Assembly: GCA_043228905.1 (NCBI GenBank)
Contig: JBHGNT010000003.1
Coordinates: 5,766,001-5,830,000 of the forward strand
Direction: 5' to 3'
DNA: 64,000 bases
Origin: Azolla caroliniana
Taxonomy: Eukaryota; Plantae; Polypodiophyta
Shown here: positions 24,361 through 38,747 of the stretch, one piece after another
Position numbering within the stretch: position 1 is the first letter of the stretch
How the letters are laid out: each line of letters starts with the position of its first letter
The notes under the pieces: model-generated
Told to the model about the DNA's origin: nothing
Database searches by the model: none
The model's input: the letters and a program-made list of their open reading frames with translations, nothing else
Position numbers and translations under genes: made by a program

Positions 24361-27300
24361 TGGATGAACGGTGTGTAGTGGATCAAAAGTGATATGCATC
24401 CAATTAACAAAATAAAATATAAATAAATGCATAACTATAGAAAAGAAGATAAATAACTATATAAAATAAATAAATGACTATGATAAAAAGAGGTGCCAAG
24501 GCCAGACTAACCAAGTCAAGAGAATGCCCACACCACAATTTAGCACATATTAGAGAATGTCAAAGTTTCGAGTGGGTGGATATCATGACATGGTTGGGTT
24601 AGAGGTAGAGCATGGCTAAAGTCATAAGATTTAGATAGATTGAGGAACACCTTAAGGGGAATCATGTTTGTAGGCAAGAAAATTAAAATATTATCTTAAT
24701 GGATCCTCTTGCTAACGTGGAGGGTATAGATTATGATCTTAGAATAAAATTTGGTTTCTATTATGATATATTTTGATTGACATACCACAATTCAAATATA
24801 GTAACTCTTGAGGTATAAAAGAAAAATGTTGACTCATTTGTAGGGTTGTCTTAACTACGTATGAGAATAAACGAATGAAGAGGAGAGAGAGATCACTAGT
24901 TGTAATTGAAACTTGATTAATGAAAATTATGTCATGATAAATTATGTGCTCAACATGTATGATTAGTGAGAAGACCAAGTGTGAGAAGAGAACTTGGAGC
25001 AAAGAGACCTCGAGGTCAGTTGAGGATCCAAGAACAAAGAGACCTTGCAAATGGATTGAGAGTCTAGTGGCGAGGAGATCTAAGAAAGAAATGAGAGTCT
25101 AGTAACGAAAAGACCTAGTATTGTCATGTGAATGTGCATTGGATCCATATGGACGTGGGTGAATGCTTCAAGGTTCTAGACTAGGAGATGAACGAGAGGG
25201 ACAAAATTCAAAAGAAGGTATGTTCACGTATGTGGTGATGTACACGTATGTTCTTTCATCGTTTCTTTATTGGAGTGTTTGATTGGGTGGACAATTATGG
25301 ATTAAATTAATGATGGGAAAAACATGAGATTAAGGAAAATAATAAATTAAGGGTCCTAGATGACATTAGAAAAACATAAAATACCATAATTGCCTCTTAT
25401 GTACACATAATGTAGGTGGGGATAGGTCACAAATATCTACAAAACATAAGTGAAGGGCATGTTCACGAATGTTAGAAAGGAACTAATGTGATTGGATAGA
25501 GGAAATGGTAGGTGCATGATTGTCACGATTTAGAATAAGTACATCTACTCAAGACGCTTAGGAAGATGTATATATATGAGGCCTAACTACCCTCATAAGG
25601 CACATTATACTGGAAGGTTAAAGTCTTGACACAAATCAAAATCAGGGGAGTTAAATTTAATGTTTTGTCTCTTGCGTGGCATTACATGCAATTTGATCCA
25701 AACATTTAATATTGGATTCTCTAGTTTGTCTAGATCTCAAATAATTAGTTCGAACATTGTGAATGTGTTTTGGAAAATGAGGTTTAGAAGCCAAAACCTT
25801 GTGAACTATACATGACATCTTATGGTTACAATGTTTTTGTTAGAACCCATAAGTTCTTTGAGGCAACTAGCATGAAAACTGGATGTGTCAAAACCATCAT
25901 GAAGTTTGAGACATTAGGACTTTAAAAGGTCAACAATAGCATGGGGCTAATTTAGTACACTTACATGTGGATAAAGTTTTCGAGTTAGAAAGTACGTGCA
26001 AGAAGACTACCATAGTTAAGAGTACAAGGATGTTTATCATGATCAGCATCAAAGGTTGCTCTATCTTGGACAGTCTTAATGATATCTCTCACTTAGCCTC
26101 ACCGATAGAGTCTTTAACATGGATAATTGGTTTCCCAACTATTGTACACTTAACCCATTAAAAGTATCTATAGAATTGCTCATTAAGGTTATGCCTATAA
26201 CATGAACTGTGCCAACTATTTCTGGCATGGTGGAATCGGCTTGGAATTTTTGTGAGTGCATTAGCTTCCTAAGTATGTTGAGTGATAGTCTAAATTTTGA
26301 GTAGTGTTCTACTCAATAAAGTATCTTGTTTGGCCATTTATTTCAAGCCAATTTTGGTACCCTTTAGGGGATTTAGGTGCTTAATATTCTCTATATGGCT
26401 AGGTTGGTCTTGTGTCGGCTAATAAAAAAGTCATTCTTCACACCGTGTCATATGGTTGGACGGCCCCAATTCCAAGAATCACAAAAGAAAACCCACTAAT
26501 AATGCTTGGTGTCATCTAGTCATTTCTATGAGTCATTATGAACGCTTTTCCATAACCATCATCGTTAGAGTTGGGGCATAGTCGGAGAGTTATTGTCAAC
26601 CATAACAACCACATTTCATTCTTCATCTATGAACAATTTTGCTTCCACATCAACATTACTAAAAAGAGAGGCACACTTGTTATTGCATATTCAAGGTTGG
26701 TGTATGATGTTATTGTACATTGGCAAACAAGATGGTCTTGTGCATAATATGATCATTAGGGATCATCAAAGTCAATTGACAAGCTAAACCCATCGGCTTG
26801 GCCAAACTAATGCATATCATAGATTGTGCTACAATGTCATTGTTTTTATCTAAAGGTACAATGCCTTTTTCTGAAGACAAAGTTTAGATTCTAATGGTTG
26901 GAAAAAGGAGAGACTCTTTCTCATGTCTTTGTAAAGAAATAATATGGTGATTTAAAACAAGAAAATCAGAGTGAATCATAATAAAAAGTTGTTTTTGTCC
27001 GCTAAAAGCTAGATACAAATCAAACCTAAAGTATCAAAGCTTCATCACGTGATGATTCTCCTTTAAGTACCTAGAATGCCCGATGACACAAACTTTGGCA
27101 TGTGCCCTCTCTTCAACACAAACATGCTTCTTTGTATACCATCAACCAAAGATTTAGACACCTCACATGTGTGAAAGTATTTTTCATGGTTAAACATGTT
27201 CACCATGGCCAAATCTCTTTTTCCCTTTACATCCAATGGTATCATAAGATAAAATAAGGTTGGATGTTCTTCAAAGCAGCAATCCATTTATAGAACAATA

Positions 27301-29399
27301 AGAAATAGGCAAAAGCTTCAAACAAGGTCATCGTACTTCAATTTGATTTGGTGCATTTAGGCAATTTATGCAATCCTCACAAAATCCACTATCGTTGAGA
27401 AATCAAACCTCCACTTATCAATTAATAAGTCAACCATACATGGGATTATGGCAAATTTTGAAGGGTTGCTTTTGTGATGACATTGGAACTAACGAAACTT
27501 TTGTGTTGATGGAACGCTAACAATACAATTTTACCTTTAAGTCCCCGCTCCCGCAAACACCCCCCCCCCCCCCCCCCAAAAAAAAATAAAAAAAAATAAA
27601 TACATAAATAAATTTGATGAGAGGAAATGAAAAATGAATAAAGATGTGGAAGTGTGATTTCATAGCTGGAAGACAATGTGTCGTGAGAAAAAACTATATA
27701 TTAATAATAATAACTAGGTATATCTTTGTTATCAAAAGTAGAAGAAATGATGGAAGATGGCATAACTTCTATTGCAATCTCAAATATGGGGAAGTAGGAT
27801 AATCTAACCTTGGTATGCATGCAAGAAAGTGCATAAACCATGGAGACATATCAAGGCAGTTGATTGAGAATAGGGAACCAAAAAGCTTTTGATTGAGACG
27901 TCGTTATAGTTAGTTACTAATGTAAAGGGAACAAAGATTCCTTAAATGGAATCCTGATCTTTAATGTCAAGTTGACAATGGTGTACAAGTATAATACTTT
28001 GAAAGACAAAAGTACTTCTTTATGGTGTTAAGTAACATGTACTTGTCAGGTTAATTTGACTCGTTACCAACAAATAATAATAATAATATAACCTCTAGGA
28101 TCAAGAAATTATTCTCTTCCATACATAATGACGGTGGCATGCACTCATTCACAAACACACACACAAGACAATGTCTGGAAACTCCAACTAAGTTCCTAGA
28201 GTGGATTTGTTTGATTTGGAAATTGAGATAACGGATGAGAACCAAAAACAGCCCCAAGTGACCATTACTAGGAAACATGTTATCAAACCCATCAAGGTTG
28301 CTTTAGATTTATGCTTGTCAGACTATGAGAAGGATTTTGTGCAATTTCCCATTAATTGTTGAAACTAAAATGCCATACAAGAGAACATTGTTTTCACTCC
28401 ATGGAAGTTGGTATTGGGGTTAGTATGTTGGTATGGGTATTGTCATCAAGTTATTAAACATATTTCTCTACTCTAAACTTACCTAGTTAAATGCTTTTAT
28501 GTTCAAGTTATGGTTGCCACCTGCCATAAATGTTAACTTGATTTACTTTTATTAATTAAATCAACACGTCATTAAGGCATGGTAACTAGGATGATGGATT
28601 ACAACTATTTACTTAACAGATAGCCATCCAATGTTTTCAAGTTCAGCCAAGTTAATTTGTAGTTCCTATCAATTTGTTTTTGTTGACAATTTGCATGATA
28701 TTTCTCAAGGAATTGAATCCATCCATAAAATCATCTCCACAACCATTGCATGTCAATGAAATTGTTCTTGTCCACATGTTTGTCATATTTTGTTTGTAAT
28801 ACGTAAACAAAATGACATATGATAGGTTTATATAATTCAAATGTCTCACATTTCAATGACCCATGTGCTTCATGGTCAAAATATATATAAACCATCTTCT
28901 CTTTTCCACCATTTTCTCCCCACCTTAACGTAGAAACGCCATTGTTGTTAAAGTGTACATGGGAATATTTAGTTAGAGGGGTTATGTCACTAAGGACCCA
29001 TAATATTGACTAAAGAACCCTCACACGGTTTCAAGCAAGCTCCAATTTGTTATATGAAGTATCAATACTTCACAAATCAAGCGTTCAATTATTATCCAAC
29101 TCTTTATGTCAAAACCTACTTAACGAACCAAGAAGTTAGTCATCGTCCAACTCTTTATGTACTATAAATCATTGCATCATTGTATGTAGATTACACATAT
29201 GTAGCATGGAATGAAGAATTGATCACTTTATTTCCAGCAATGTGAGAATTCTCAATCATTTCTGTTTACATCAAAATGGATCACATACTCAACATTTCAT
29301 CATTCCAAAGATCATACGATTGCTCCCATTCGCTAATTATAGGACCAATAGTTAATTATAGATTGCTTGAATCACAACAAGGTTTTGCCTTCATTTGCT

Positions 29400-32300
29400 T
29401 CATGTTGGTGAAGTCAATGTCATGATCATAAGAGATGACCTATATCACTTGGAGAACTTAACCCATGACCATATTGATGCATAACTTTAACGAGCATGTT
29501 ATCATTGTATACATTATCATTATTGTGATACATCATAGCTAGGTGACGAACATGTAGTCTAGCTAAGTGGCAACTCTCCATTAAGGTTAGGTTGTGAGGG
29601 ATACTATTTATAGTGAAGCTCCAAAATCACAAAGCCATGATGCTAGTTCAATGCTAATCTTTGTCTTCTAAGTTCTAGTAGTTGTGGCATGCATACTCAA
29701 CAAGAATATAGTAGTGTTACATTGAGTGTCTTAGAACCAATTTTGTTACATGTGCACGCAACACAAGAAAACCAAAGGTTGGTCGAGGAACTACAATAAG
29801 GAATATCCAACAAACATTGGCCAAGTTTTAGAAAGAGGAACCTTGCTGACAAGTATAGCACTAGCATCGTTTGCACCATTGCTAGAGAATTTGTCATGCT
29901 TGAAGGGTTTTGGCATCATTATAAAGGACTCTCAAACATTGTGTGGAGATACCAATAGTGTGAGATTGGCAAGTACGAAAGATTCAAAGCTTGTTGAAAT
30001 GAGATCATCTTGTCATAACTTTGTGGCACATTTTTTCTTTCTTGCATTGTGATATTTCCCAAGATGATGATCCATGCTAGTATGGACTTCAAAAATCACA
30101 TGAAGAATTTAGTTTTTGCTCTTCACAAAAATCCCAAAGTACTTATATAGGCTTTAAGTTGTTACGCAGTGAGTGCTCTAAGCACCAAATGGCATGTCTT
30201 AGATTGGAGTACACTTATGCCTCATTAGCAATAGCCCCACTTTCATGGCTTTCTCAAGTATCCAATGGATGACCCTACTACAAAATTTTAAGACAACCAT
30301 TCTTCATCTTATAATTTTGACGTTTTCGTTAGGTACAAGAGTAGTTCAACAAACAAGCCCAACCAAAGGTGGAGCCATTCAGTTGGACTATGTAGGATAT
30401 GTAGAGTTTATTCTCAATCATGATTCCATTTCATTTCATCAACTCATTGAAGCTTTTGAAGCAATGGTAAAGCTCAACTAGGTGCCATCAAGTACTTGTC
30501 CTTTATTGTCTTAGAATCAAAGAGCAAGACCGTGGATCAAGAATTTGCCTTTACACATTCAATCTTATTCAATAAGCTTCATGTCCAATTTTTTGTAGTA
30601 ATCCTTAGCAAGTGTCCTATTGCATCGAATGCTATTGTTGACGAATTTAAACAAGTCTGTGCGATTCTTGGTGACTTCGCACATGTGATTTTCTTCACCA
30701 TAATTAGCAATATTGAGCATCGTATTCTCCTAAGTATTTTTTTGTCCCAGTTATACAAATATTTTTCACGATAAACATCATGGATCATATTCTCAAGTAG
30801 GGGCTTCTTGCTAAAGATCCAATCATTCTCATGTAGGTGATGATTAGTTAAATTGGCAAGATAGGTTGCTCTTTTGAAAGTCTTATTTATATGACTTACA
30901 ATTCTTCTTGTCTTCAAATCATGTAGTACTACCAGGGCCTGAATTTGACGGGTTAGTCTTAAAGTTTTTTGACGGGCATTTTTTAAAGATGTATGTCATA
31001 GGACGTAAGAGTGCAAAAATTAACATGTCATTTGACATACAAATTTCTTATAATGAAAAGCTCTATATGATGCTTCATTATTATACATTTTATTACTATA
31101 GAAGGTACACAAATAGACACAACTACCTCGCAAAGATAATGAAATACAGAAAATAAATATCGTGTTAATGTTTTTTTTTTACCAAAAAAGTGTTAATGTT
31201 TTTTAAGCCAAAGTACAAACTATATATGTATCCATAATCATAATTCATTCTTGCAAAGTGGATACAATAAGCTTCAAACAAATAATCATACAAATCGAAT
31301 ACTTAATCATCATATATTTCTTAAAGCCCAAAAAACACAAAAAAATGTTTATCATACCGGGACTCCTCATACTTATTACTAAGCATTGTTCAATGATACT
31401 ATCCTTCTCTCTTTCTCTTCAAACCAAAGGTTAAATATATCCCTCCAACAAATGTAACCACCTCGTGCTCATTATTTGGAGCATCATTAACATGTGTTGC
31501 CTTGCAAAACATAGTCTTAATAGAATGTTGTTGTGCTTGGTTCTTTGTTTTCCCCCTGAAATTATTTAAATAATAGACATCTAAAAATGTACTAAAAGTA
31601 TTTCATTTCACTATAAGAGAGACATTGAAGTTATTGTTTAGGTATTAAGGTAATACAAAAACAATATTGTATAATAACTTGTTAAATGAACATAATATGA
31701 TAGATATTCATGGTAACTTACATTTTTAAAATGTAGTTAAAAAATGTTGAAGGTTGAAGGTTGTTTTTGTTCTATTCCCACTGCACAAAAAGGCTACATA
31801 GAATCAATAATTTTTAATTGGAACAATAGCTTGCTACCTAATAGTAAGTACTCACCTTTTCCTATACTAATAAGTTATTATTAACCCTAATTTTTTAATA
31901 AAGCATAGTAAAACGTAATAAGTATGTATAAAACAATAGGTTAGTAAAACATTTAGTTTAAAAAAACTTAAAATCAAACCTTATTGAAATGAAATACTTT
32001 TAGTTTATTTTTAGAGGTATTAAGGTAATACAAAAACAATATAATAACTTGCTAAATGAACATAATATGATAGATGATCATGGTAACTTACATTTTTAAA
32101 CTGTAGTTAAAAAATGTTGAAGGTTGAAGGATGTCTTTCTTTGTTCTATTCCTGCTGCACAAAAGGCTACATAAAATCAATCATTTTTAAGTTGAAAAAT
32201 AACTTCTTACCTAACAGTAAGTAGTAAGTAGTAAGTACTCACCTTTTTCCTATACTAAAAAGTTATTACTAACCCTAATTTTTTAATAAAGCACAGTAAT

Positions 32301-33150
32301 AAGTATTAAGTATTAAGTAATAAGTAATAAGTATGTATAAAAAAGTAGGTTAGTAAAACATTTACTTTAAGAAAACTTAAAATCAAACCTAGAGTGACTA
32401 GTCTACACTCTAGTATTTTTTAGAGTATTTAATAAAGCACCAAGGTTATTGTTTAAAATTTAAATTGATTTGAGGATTCATCATTACAATTTATATGATA
32501 TTATTTTAAGCGTGTTATAAATATATAAATATATATATATATATATTAGAATTTAGTATATTACACACTTCATACTATATAGTCAAATTGAATCCTGATA
32601 CTACATAGATGATAGTATGATAGTACATATATTTAAATTTTATATGACAATATGTGGTATATATATATAATATATATGAATAATGACATAGAAAATAAAA
32701 TTTTAGCATGTCATTTGACATGTATAATTTTAAGGGGCCTTTCACATGAAAAGGAAAATTTTATACTTTATATGTCACTTGACGGACATTTTTAGTAGGT
32801 GTATGTTTTTGACGGGCAAAATGGCCTTTGACGGGCATGACACCCGTCAAATTCCTGCCCTGAGTACTACCATGACACACATGGCTAGACATTTTGGAGT
32901 CTACAAAGTTAGAGTTGGTTATTAGAAAGTGTGGGTGGATCATCATATCCACTATTAGTTCTACATAGGCTCTATGGAGATCCATTTCTTCGAACTCCAT
33001 AATAGATCTTTTGTTGGGTTTTGATGTCATTCTCACAATGGTGGATCAATTTGCTAACATGACACATTTCCTTCGCGATTAAGATCATCAATAGTTACTA
33101 AATATCAAAAGATGCATCAGAACATCATGGTTTTCCCTGTGGCATTATCA
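29400..33150 (+). mobile_element. Highly degenerate Ty3/Gypsy pol remnant, interrupted by a hAT element
   Basis: Integrase-like LWRSIS...GFDVILTMVDQFANMTHFL at ~32970-33075. Upstream similarity is weak and boundaries are approximate. Confidence 0.45.
30933..32862. mobile_element. Non-autonomous hAT DNA transposon (1.93 kb)
   Basis: 20-bp TIR CAGGGCCTGAATTTGACGGG / CCCGTCAAATTCCTGCCCTG (18/20). Perfect 8-bp TSD AGTACTAC. Subterminal TTGACGG motifs. Internal ~380-bp duplication (~31640-31980 vs ~32015-32390). Confidence 0.9.
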
Positions 33151-34706
33151 GATACCATGGTATTGGAGATTCATAATATGTAGAATTCTTAGCTTTATGC
33201 ATGTTTGCCGCCTAGTTTTCGTACATGCTCAATGCTGTAATATGATGCAATACCAGACTTCTGTTGATGCATTCAAACCTACCCCTCCTACAATCATAGC
33301 TCCTCAGAATATATTTATATTCTTTATTGATTTCCAATTGAGTACTGATTTTGGTTCAGCTTTCTTAACTAGAAGTCAACATAAATGTTTAAATTTTTGA
33401 CGCTCGAGAGATCACAGATCTGCCGTTATTTTCTTCACATAATGAGGATGACTCTACACATTGGACACTACAATTGAGAGGAGAATTCACAGTTTGATCT
33501 GTGAACCAACCCACCATGCAAGCAAAGATTCCAACAGGTGGGATGGAAAACTCCTTATGGTGCTACTGCCAGAATGTAGAGCACAAAATATTTTCACTAT
33601 GAGACAAAGGACCACCAGTTTAAAAAGTGAACCTATTCAATCCAGTCCTTGACAAATGTGACCAATCTAAAACATCATTCAAATAACATGACATAGTTTC
33701 CGAGTTCTGTAACAAAATGTCACCTTCCAATCTAGCTTCAAAACACAATGGATTACTAGATACAGTACAAAAAAACTCACAGCCAACATACTGGTTATCG
33801 GCTATTGTAAGATAAACAAAAAGTGTGTCTAGAGAAGCAAAGAAAGACAACCAGTAAAACATTCTGCTCAAGGAAGACGATCTGCCTTCGAAGAACATCA
33901 GCCAGCATAAAACAAATCATCAAATTCATATAGATGGCCTATACGACTGGTGGAGATTAGTAGCAGACCAACAGTTATACATAGGGCAATCAGATACAAC
34001 TTTATAAATAATAAAATTGAGCAATAAACTGACCATTTACAGTGCATGAAGACACTCATTTACTATCAAGTGCAACAATGTATATGTCAAAAGTCATGCA
34101 AACACATTCCATTGGTAAACACAGCATAAACCAAAGAACTCATCTTTCTAGCAATCTCTCACCATTTTACTCCGAAACAGTTCATGACAAATGTCTTACA
34201 CATCCATGCCCACTCTGAAGGCTTAGTTAGGGTTTAGTTCAATAAAATGAATCCAAACAAGCTAGCTAATATGGAGCACATCATCTAGTTCCTCTCTTGA
34301 TTAATTCAATTCTATTTTACTTTAGCACATGTAGTTCCTCTTTTGTACAGCTTGATGTATTAAGATTGAGTTAGAAATTTTTAGAGTAATGAAAAAGATC
34401 AATAACGAAATATCCCTGCTGTGCTAGATTCACAAAGACAACCAAAACAATACATTACAAGTTCGCAGACAAAGATGTGAAACCAGTGATAACTGCTAAA
34501 GGAGGTTGGTATTAAGCACGATGACCATAGAAACTGATTCAGAAGGTACACATTGGAGCACAAACTCCAAGAAATACAACTAAATAGATCTCTCGAGCTG
34601 TCTCATATTTAAAAGCTCATCTATATTTTATAGAATTCCAAAACCCAATGAAAACAAGACCTAAACAACGAAAATAGACCTACAAAAAATGAAAATCAGA
34701 TACACA

Positions 34707-37295
34707 CTACTGTCCTTCCCATCCAGTTGGGGCAGCCTCCCAGCCACCAGGTACAATACCACCAGCTGGAAGAGCTGAAGGTGCAGGAGCAGAATCCCAT
34801 CCTTGACCAACTACAGACAAGTAATATAAATTTCAATGTAAGAACACCAAAATATCGTAACTTTCTGGAATTCGCAGAACATCCTGCTGTTTTTAAAATA
34901 CTTACAAGAATGACCCTATATATAGTAGGCTTTAAATTCTGAGTGTGGGGTTATGTTTCTAGAAGTTATGTGAACCTACGAGTATGTATGATTAGGTTAA
35001 TAAACACGAAGGGGTACATTTTTAATGTAAAAACAACACTGAAATTAACGAGTTAACCACAGATTCTTTCAGTTGATATAAATATCATCGAGTAGTTACC
35101 TTCAGACAATTCTTGGGCAGGCACCGGCACAACCCCTGCAATGGGTGGTAGGGCCGCATCCCAGTTACCTGCTAAGGCCCCATCTCCTGTCCACTGCTCA
35201 GCAGATATTGCCATTGGAGCAGCATACTCTGCAGGAGTAAACTCAGGCGCAACACCTTCCTCGTCTTCCCTCTCCTTTGCTTCTTCAGGCTCCCGGTAAA
35301 AGAATAGATCAACCTGGAATGGAAAAATACATGGAATTTAGCTTTAATCATGAACAGACCTACCCTGTATGAAATGCAACCAAAAGGGTTATGGGTTTGG
35401 TGAAAACTCTAAAACTAAATTTGCAATTATATGAAGAGCCGATGTTAAAAAGTAAAATGAAAATTCATTTCTAAAAAGAATAGCTCGGCCAATATAAAAT
35501 ACACAATTTTTTATGGCACCCACCCAAAAATAGTATAACGACAAATCTAAAGTACAGAGAAATGGTTGATGATGAAAACCAAAATCCAAAACACATTGAA
35601 AACAAATTGAAGAGAATACACATAAAAATAGTTCTGGTAATATATACCCCGATCAAAATTTAAAATACAATCTCAACACATGCCATATTGAGAGGGCTAT
35701 ACCATGACTTCCCAAGGCTGACGAGGTGGAATTGTTCCTCTCATTTGAAGCACCATTCGTGCTAGCATCCAGAAGAGACATCCAATGCTATGTTTTCCCT
35801 TATTGTTGGATGGTATTCCAATATCAACATGCTTCATCGGAGAGTCGGTGTCACAGAAAGCAATGGTGGGGATATTTCCGAGAGCAGCTTCTCTAATGGG
35901 CTGTTACACAAAAGTAAGAAATTATTTCTTAAGGGTGTACAAGGGCTAGATACCCTCCAGAAATGATTCCATGATTTGACCAAATAGAGAAATAAACTTA
36001 TCTACGTGGTATGAAATACATAAAACATTTTCACATCAGACCAGTACACAATAGAAGACCGCACTCTTTAAGGAATGTCAAAACCAATCCAAAAAAAGAA
36101 TTTCAGTTCCCTGACCTGATGATCAGTACGGGGATCAGTCAAAATAAGGAGACGAGGTTCACAAAAAGTAGTTTGAAGCTGATTGGTGAATGTTCCTGGA
36201 GTGTGGCGACCTGCAATAGCTTGTGCACCTGTATACTGAGCAAACTTCAACACTGCCCTTTGACCATATGGCCTTGCAGACTGAACTATAATGTCCTGGG
36301 GATTCTCGATGGACACAATAACACGCGCTGCAAGCTCAAGTTTCTCCCATGTCTTTCCTACATTGATAATGAAGATACCTGCAAAAAGACAAGAAATCAC
36401 ACACTCAGAACCACAAATTCTATTGTGCAAAGAGACCAAACTCCAAAAATTATATTAATGCACAAATTATATTAATGCAAAAAGACCATGTACTTTACTC
36501 CAGTTCCAAAAATTATATATTGTTAAGGATCAATGAGAATCATAATTCAAAGAATATATGCGTCATCACTTCTCAGGCATGATCCATGTAAGCACAAAAG
36601 AAAGGCATCTCTTATGTCTTTCTATTCATTTGAATCAAAAACTGCAGTTTGGAAAACCTAATGTATTTATTATAACAAAAGATAAAAATGTACCACAGGA
36701 AAATTTTTGGGAGAGGTGATTAAAACCAATCTGATGTAAGGGGGAAGTGTTAAAAAGAATGTGTTATATGGATGATGTATTCAAATGAGCATATCCTCTC
36801 TGTTAAAACACCCCTTAGAAAAAATAATGTCAATTCAATTCAGAAACCAGAAACCAGAAACCCTTAAACCATTTCACAATACCAACTCCACATCACGACA
36901 ATGGAACAACTATTATAAACTCTAGGTATAAAGAAAGAAATATGAAATAGAAACAACACGTATAAATTTACGAATTCATAAGGAATCCTAAAGGAAAACG
37001 CTTGGGCTAAAGCATTTCCTCTGACACAGAGGGTAACAAAACTCGACAGAGCATCAAATATTAACGCTGAGAGAAAATCGGTAATGCGTTTTCATAGAGA
37101 GAAAACCGTTACCATGAAAGAGTGGAAAAATAAAGACGGCAAGAAATAATAATGAGCTTAAGAAAGGAATGACGAACCGTCAGATCGTCTCTTCCAGACA
37201 TAGCGCTCCATTTGGAAATCACAGTTCTTAGTGCCGAGGTGGACATCAGCGGCAAGCATCATCTGGATATCAGACTCTCTCTGAGAGAGCGCCAT
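34707..37295 (-). CDS. RPSA: 40S ribosomal protein SA (uS2/p40), 5 exons: 37295-37178, 36378-36116, 35900-35703, 35313-35100, 34810-34707
   Basis: [29 protein letters not shown]; [13 protein letters not shown]; [15 protein letters not shown]; FCDTDSP; [13 protein letters not shown]. Canonical GT-AG junctions. Confidence 0.97.
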
Positions 37296-37405
37296 AGCTG
37301 CGACCTTGGGGAGTGAAGCAGGCAGGGGCAGAAGCCGCAGAAGTAAACAGAGGAAGCAAAAAGAGAGAAGAGGAGGAAGCGATGGCAGGGAGGCTTTGGG
37401 CTTTG

Positions 37406-37414
37406 TAACCCTAA
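37406..37414. promoter_or_regulatory. Telo-box-like motif upstream of RPSA
   Basis: TAACCCTAA about 110 bp upstream of the ATG, next to a pyrimidine-rich leader. Telo-boxes are typical of plant ribosomal-protein genes. Confidence 0.5.
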
Positions 37415-38059
37415 TTCTGTGACGTGAGGAGGACCCGTCTGGCCTGTGTGTTTGGGCGGACAAGTGTGAAACCAACTCCTCCCCAAACTCACTCACTCTA
37501 TCTTTCTTCTGGCCTTCACGGTGGTGTCGATCCTGCCTCTCTATCTGTCTCTCTCTCAAACCTGACAGGCCCCAGAAATTGGTGCAGACCTATCTTTCGT
37601 CTCCTTATTATCTATCTATCTCTAAATCCTGTCATGACCCTCGAAATTAGTGCAGACCCGCTTTGTGTCCTAGAGCCAAGTGTGTCGAAAAACCCGCATC
37701 TACGCCATTGCTTGTGTGATGGCTCCGGGTATCGGCAAGGTTCATTGATTATTCGCTTTGTCTTAGCATTGCATTCAACTATATTTTCAAGGAAGCCTCG
37801 GTGTTTACTCCATGGCATCTCTAGAGTATGGGAGGTGATCTCATGTTCGAGCTTTCCTTGTCTGCCTTGGTCTACTTTCAAGGCTTTCGAATCTTTCCCT
37901 CTTTTTTCTGGCACTTAGGTGGGTTACTTTTTCATTGGATCCCTACAACTACTACTGATTGACTCAATGGCTTTGGCAGGCTAGATTTTCAACCCTCGAA
38001 TAAGTCACATGTTGTTTCAAATCCCTTTAAGTGTTAACCAATCTAGTATTGACATCAGA

Positions 38060-38330
38060 ATCGATGGCATGTGTCTGAGGAAGTTCGATATATCGAACTT
38101 CAACTTCTGGAAGGAGCATATGCATGATTGTTATGTCATGAAAGGATAGATAGATCCAATAATAAATGAACAGACACCTACTCAGTATGAAGTTATAGAA
38201 TGATCAAATTTTGATTGGTTAATAAGAGCGACCATTTGAAAGCATCTCTTCTGAATTTGTGTACTTCATCGAACACTCCTGTACAATATATACAAGTTAG
38301 GGTAGAAGCTATATGCAATTTGCAATCATG
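38060..38330 (+). mobile_element. Copia gag N-terminal remnant
   Basis: KFDISNFNFWKEHMHD..VMKG*IDPI resembles the Copia gag start KFDGxNFxFWK. Confidence 0.55.
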
Positions 38331-38747
38331 TTAGGATCATCACGAACTTTTCTAGATCAAAATTTGATTCGACAAGCATTGATGTACATGTGGATTTTTG
38401 TAAATTAGCAGAAGATGACATTTACTACATATCATATGTCTAGCTATTCATTGCATGATTGTGTGATCATGAGGAATTTTTCAAGTTGATAATTGAAGTC
38501 CTCAAGGAAATGTTACAAACAAAAGCGGTTTACGAGCAATGAGGAGTTGAACCCACGACAGTAAGTTTTGAGAAACTTGGCACTTCACCAACCACGTGGC
38601 ATGCGTGCTTTTGAGGATAGCATGAACTGTTAGATGAGCAAATTGTACAAAATAGGTGAAGACGGGCATATGAAGGTAGAGAACTTGAGGGTTGAACACA
38701 CATCTCCCAACTTTCGAAGGCTCGACTTATGGACACACAACGAAGCA

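Noticed and set aside
28950-29170. Copia RT trace (HGFKQAP, LYV)
   Set aside because: Too short and degenerate to delimit.
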